In this document: in pieces, positions 60,632-64,000 of the stretch
Position numbering within the stretch: position 1 is the stretch's first letter
Layout: every line of letters starts with the position of its first letter
DNA from: Bacteroidia bacterium
GTDB lineage: Bacteria > Bacteroidota > Bacteroidia > M30B66
Reading direction: 5' to 3'
Assembly (NCBI GenBank): GCA_965279035.1
Contig: OZ257142.1
Coordinates: 1,632,001-1,696,000, forward strand
Length of the DNA stretch: 64,000 bases
The notes under the pieces: model-generated
Told to the model about the DNA's origin: nothing
What the model saw: only the letters and a program-made list of their open reading frames with translations
The model's database searches: none
Position numbers and translations under genes: made by a program

Positions 60632-60873
60632 CACAACGGGTTTAGATGATTTCTGATCAAAATGAAAAATTGATACTATTCGTTTATTCTTAAGAATTGT
60701 GAAATATCTGAAAATACATCTCAGTCATAGGATGAATTAGAAGAGTTTGTTTAACCAATTCTTCAAAATTGTATGTGAGCATTATGTAATTTATTTTGAT
60801 TAAATGATAAGAATATTTACTCATTTGATATGAACTTTGCGGAATCATTCCTTACTAAATAATTGACTATATA

Positions 60874-61386
60874 ATGCGGTATTTCATTTTGGTATTTATA
60901 TCTTTTTTTTCGTCGATACACGCTCAACCATTACAAACAGTGAAGCAAGTTGATTTAGAACGCTATGCTGGAAAATGGTATGAAATAGCATCTTATCCTC
61001 ATTCATTTCAACGTGGTTGTCATTGTACTACAGCCGAATATACATTTACTGGGAAGCGTTATTTATCTGTTGTGAATACTTGTAGAAGGGATAGTTCAAC
61101 TGGGAAAATATCGACTATTAAAGGACGAATATTTGTGAAGAAAAATTCCGGAAACGCAAAATTACGCGTTCGTTTTTTTTGGCCCTTTTGTGCAAAATAT
61201 TGGATTATTGAATTAGCTTCAGATTATAGTTATGCTGTGGTTGGACACCCGAATCGAAAATCACTGTGGATATTATCACGGAAACCTCAAATGGATGAGA
61301 AAGTGTATAAAACCATTGTTGCTGGCTTAAAAGACAAAGGCTATGATTACGGTGGATTGGTTGTTACTCAACAAGATTGCAAATAG
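60874..61386 (+). CDS. blc: Bacterial lipocalin
   Basis: VDLERYAGKWYEIA, KYWII...DYSYAVVG, LWILSR. Confidence 0.9.
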   Translation: MRYFILVFISFFSSIHAQPLQTVKQVDLERYAGKWYEIASYPHSFQRGCHCTTAEYTFTGKRYLSVVNTCRRDSSTGKISTIKGRIFVKKNSGNAKLRVRFFWPFCAKYWIIELASDYSYAVVGHPNRKSLWILSRKPQMDEKVYKTIVAGLKDKGYDYGGLVVTQQDCK

Positions 61387-61417
61387 TAATTCAAATCAAA
61401 TAATATAAAAATACAGC

Positions 61418-61888
61418 ATGAAAACGGATCTTGGAATTTCACCTAAAAAATTAAAGAAAAGTATTGATCATTTAAGCATCATATTGGCTGATGAAACATT
61501 ACTATATATGAAAACTCGGAAGTTTCATTGGAATGTTTCTGGTGAGAGCTTTATGGAATTGCATCATTTATTTCAAGATCAATATTCCGAATTAGAATCA
61601 GTTATTGATTCTGTTGCTGAACGAATTGGAAAACTAGGTGGGAAAACAATAGGCACCATGAAAGAATTTCTTGATAAAGCAACATTAGAAGAATCACCAG
61701 ATATCTATCCCGATCAAAAGGAAATGCTAACTGAATTATTGAACGACCATGAAAAAATGGTTCGTCACATTCGCAAAGATATTGAAGGTAATGAGGAACT
61801 TTCGGATGCTGGAACGGTTGATTATTTAACAGGTTTGATGGAACAACACGAAACAACAGCATGGATTTTAAGAAGGTACTTAAATTAA
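61418..61888 (+). CDS. dps: DNA starvation/stationary phase protection protein
   Basis: KTRKFHWNVSG..F.ELH, DSVAERI. Confidence 0.93.
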   Translation: MKTDLGISPKKLKKSIDHLSIILADETLLYMKTRKFHWNVSGESFMELHHLFQDQYSELESVIDSVAERIGKLGGKTIGTMKEFLDKATLEESPDIYPDQKEMLTELLNDHEKMVRHIRKDIEGNEELSDAGTVDYLTGLMEQHETTAWILRRYLN

Positions 61889-61908
61889 TTTTTAATTCAT
61901 TCTGCATT

Positions 61909-61951
61909 TAATTCAATTCATGATTTTGATCAGGAATTGAATTATTTTTTT
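61909..61951 (+). terminator. Possible terminator after dps
   Basis: TAATTCAATTC...GAATTGAATTA then a T tract; AT-rich stem. Confidence 0.5.
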
Positions 61952-61967
61952 AATATAAGTTTACTAA

Positions 61968-62726
61968 ATGAAAAAGCTACAAAATAAAACTGCTATCATT
62001 ACCGGTGCTGCATCGGGAATGGGAAGAGCAACAGCAATCTTGTTTGCAAAAGAAGGTGCACATGTGATTGTAAGCGACATTCATTTGTCTGATATTGAAC
62101 TTGTTTTAACTGAGATTCGTAAATTTGGTGGAGTTGCGTTTGGATTCGTTTGCGATGTATCACATGAAGAAGAAGTTAAACACCTTATTAAGTTTACAAT
62201 TGGTCATTTTAAAACCATCGATATCCTAATTAATAATGCAGGAATAATGGACGATTTTATGCCAATAGATCAAGTTAGTAATGAACTATGGACGAAAGTA
62301 TTGAATGTGAATTTAAATGGTCCATTTTTTACCTGTCGTGAAGTAATTCCCATCATGTTAAATCAAGGTACTGGATCAATCGTGAACATTTCATCAATTG
62401 GTGGATTAAATGGTGCACGTGCTGGAGCTGCATATACTGCATCAAAACATGCATTAATTGGTTTAACTAAAAATGTAGGGTTTATGTATGCAAGCAAAGG
62501 CATTCGTTGCAATGCTATTGCACCAGGTGGTGTAAATACAAACATTGGAAAGGATATGAATCCAAATCCATTCGGTTATGAGCGTTGTACTTCAGGTGCA
62601 GCAAACATGACTCGTATGGGAGAAGCCGATGAAATTGCACAAACAGCTTTGTTTTTAGCTAGCAATGATTCGAGTTTTATTAATGGAGCAGTTGTCACTG
62701 CTGATGGTGGTTGGACTGCGTATTAA
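61968..62726 (+). CDS. SDR family oxidoreductase
   Basis: TGAASGMG, NNAG, YTASK, NAIAPG, DGGWTAY. Confidence 0.92.
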   Translation: MKKLQNKTAIITGAASGMGRATAILFAKEGAHVIVSDIHLSDIELVLTEIRKFGGVAFGFVCDVSHEEEVKHLIKFTIGHFKTIDILINNAGIMDDFMPIDQVSNELWTKVLNVNLNGPFFTCREVIPIMLNQGTGSIVNISSIGGLNGARAGAAYTASKHALIGLTKNVGFMYASKGIRCNAIAPGGVNTNIGKDMNPNPFGYERCTSGAANMTRMGEADEIAQTALFLASNDSSFINGAVVTADGGWTAY

Positions 62727-62751
62727 GTTATTCTTGAATTAAGAATTCCTA

Positions 62752-63432
62752 TTACATTTTTAGTATTCTCCCGTCTTCCATCTCAATAATGCGATTTGTA
62801 CGTTTCGCAAATTCAATGTCATGCGTTACAATTAATAATGTTTGATGAAATTTATCAGCTAATTCTTTAAAAATATCAAATACAATCTCACTATTCTTTT
62901 TATCTAAATTTCCAGTAGGTTCATCTCCAATGATGAGTATTGGATCATTGATTAATGCTCGTGCTATTGCTACACGTTGCTTTTGCCCACCCGATAACAT
63001 ATTCGGACTTTTCTTTGCTTCAGATTCTATTCCTAATATTTTCAATTTTTCGAATGCACGTTCTTCCACTTCTTTTTCTGAATATTTCTCTAGTTTCAAA
63101 CCAGGTAACATCACGTTTCTTAAAACGGAAAATTCATTGAGTAAATAGTGAAACTGAAATACAAATCCTATTTTTTCATTTCTAACTTTTGCTAACTCAA
63201 TTTCCTTTTTCCCATTCATACTGATTCCTTCAATTTTAATTTCACCTTCGTATTCCGTATCCATGGTGGATAAAATATACAATAGTGTAGATTTACCACA
63301 TCCTGATTTTCCTGTTATCGATACAAATTCACCTTTGTTTATGGAGAAATTAATATCCTTCAATATATCAACTGTAATTGGGTCATGAAACTGTTTTGAA
63401 ACATGAATGGCTTCGAGTATTTTATTCTCCAT
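62752..63432 (-). CDS. ABC transporter ATP-binding protein (LolD/MacB-like)
   Basis: GKSGCGKST, IGFVFQFHYL, LSGGQKQRV, DEPTGNLD. Confidence 0.92.
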   Translation of the reverse strand: MENKILEAIHVSKQFHDPITVDILKDINFSINKGEFVSITGKSGCGKSTLLYILSTMDTEYEGEIKIEGISMNGKKEIELAKVRNEKIGFVFQFHYLLNEFSVLRNVMLPGLKLEKYSEKEVEERAFEKLKILGIESEAKKSPNMLSGGQKQRVAIARALINDPILIIGDEPTGNLDKKNSEIVFDIFKELADKFHQTLLIVTHDIEFAKRTNRIIEMEDGRILKM

Positions 63433-63433
63433 T

Positions 63434-64000
63434 TTATTTACCTCTAATAATAATGACTGGGTCAATTTTACTCGCTTTTCTTGCTGGGAAATAACCTGCG
63501 AAGTAGGTAGTAATTAAGGAAAAGACACCACCAATAAAATAAAATTGTGGATTATAATTAATGGGGTAAGTCGTTACTTTAGGAAGAGCACTGGTATTAA
63601 AAGGAATTTGATCGATTAATGCCGACATTCCTAAGCCAAACAATAATCCAATCGATCCACCTACAATTCCAATACTTAAAGCAATTCCAACAAAAATTCT
63701 TTTTACATCAATACCCGAAAATCCGGCAGCTTTTAAAATAGCGATGGAATCCATTTTTTCATAAATCATCATGTTTAAAATGTTATAAATCCCAAAACCA
63801 GCTACAATTAATAAGGTAATTCCAACGGCATATGAAATAATAGTTCTTACCGAGCTACCTGTTTCAAATTGTGCATTGGCCGAATTAATATCAATTGCAT
63901 TCACATCATAAATCAATTGGAATTCTTTAGCTAATGCAGGTGCCAATTTGATGTCCTTTAATTTTACTTGAATATCCGTAATATAACTTGCTGGTTTTCC
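63434..64000 (-). CDS. ABC transporter permease (LolC/E, FtsX-type), 5' truncated by the window edge
   Basis: Frame stays open to base 64000; IAILKAAGF, PARKASKIDP. Confidence 0.9.
   Translation of the reverse strand, partial: GKPASYITDIQVKLKDIKLAPALAKEFQLIYDVNAIDINSANAQFETGSSVRTIISYAVGITLLIVAGFGIYNILNMMIYEKMDSIAILKAAGFSGIDVKRIFVGIALSIGIVGGSIGLLFGLGMSALIDQIPFNTSALPKVTTYPINYNPQFYFIGGVFSLITTYFAGYFPARKASKIDPVIIIRGK

Noticed and set aside
60422-60634. 70-aa ORF within element copy B
   Set aside because: No equivalent intact ORF over copy A; the conservation is in nucleotide blocks

Overview
Bacteroidota chromosomal window (five type IX secretion CTD proteins, TAnnTTTG promoters, no SD motifs noticed). 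It has housekeeping genes (prmA, tpiA, sucD, purB, purL, radC, meaB, NupC transporter, AddA-like helicase, ftsE, yigZ). A complete IS3-family element sits inside a heptamer tandem array. A sigma54-type kdpFABC locus has a split KdpD sensor and two porins, and a stress block (blc, dps, SDRs) lies near the right end. The intergenic spaces carry several nested REP-like or structured repeats. The best candidate for an undescribed system is the three-gene operon at 32222-38302: a small T9SS-CTD protein, a CTD-less collagen/phage-fibre-like protein, and a CTD-less LamG/fibrinogen-like protein whose N-terminus has three short pseudo-repeats. I infer an anchor-shaft-tip trimeric surface fibre. Second is a modular structured element present twice (15725-16110 on +, 60346-60631 on -) with different REP-like hairpins inserted. 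All family calls come from motif recognition, not database searches. I found no rRNA, tRNA or CRISPR array.
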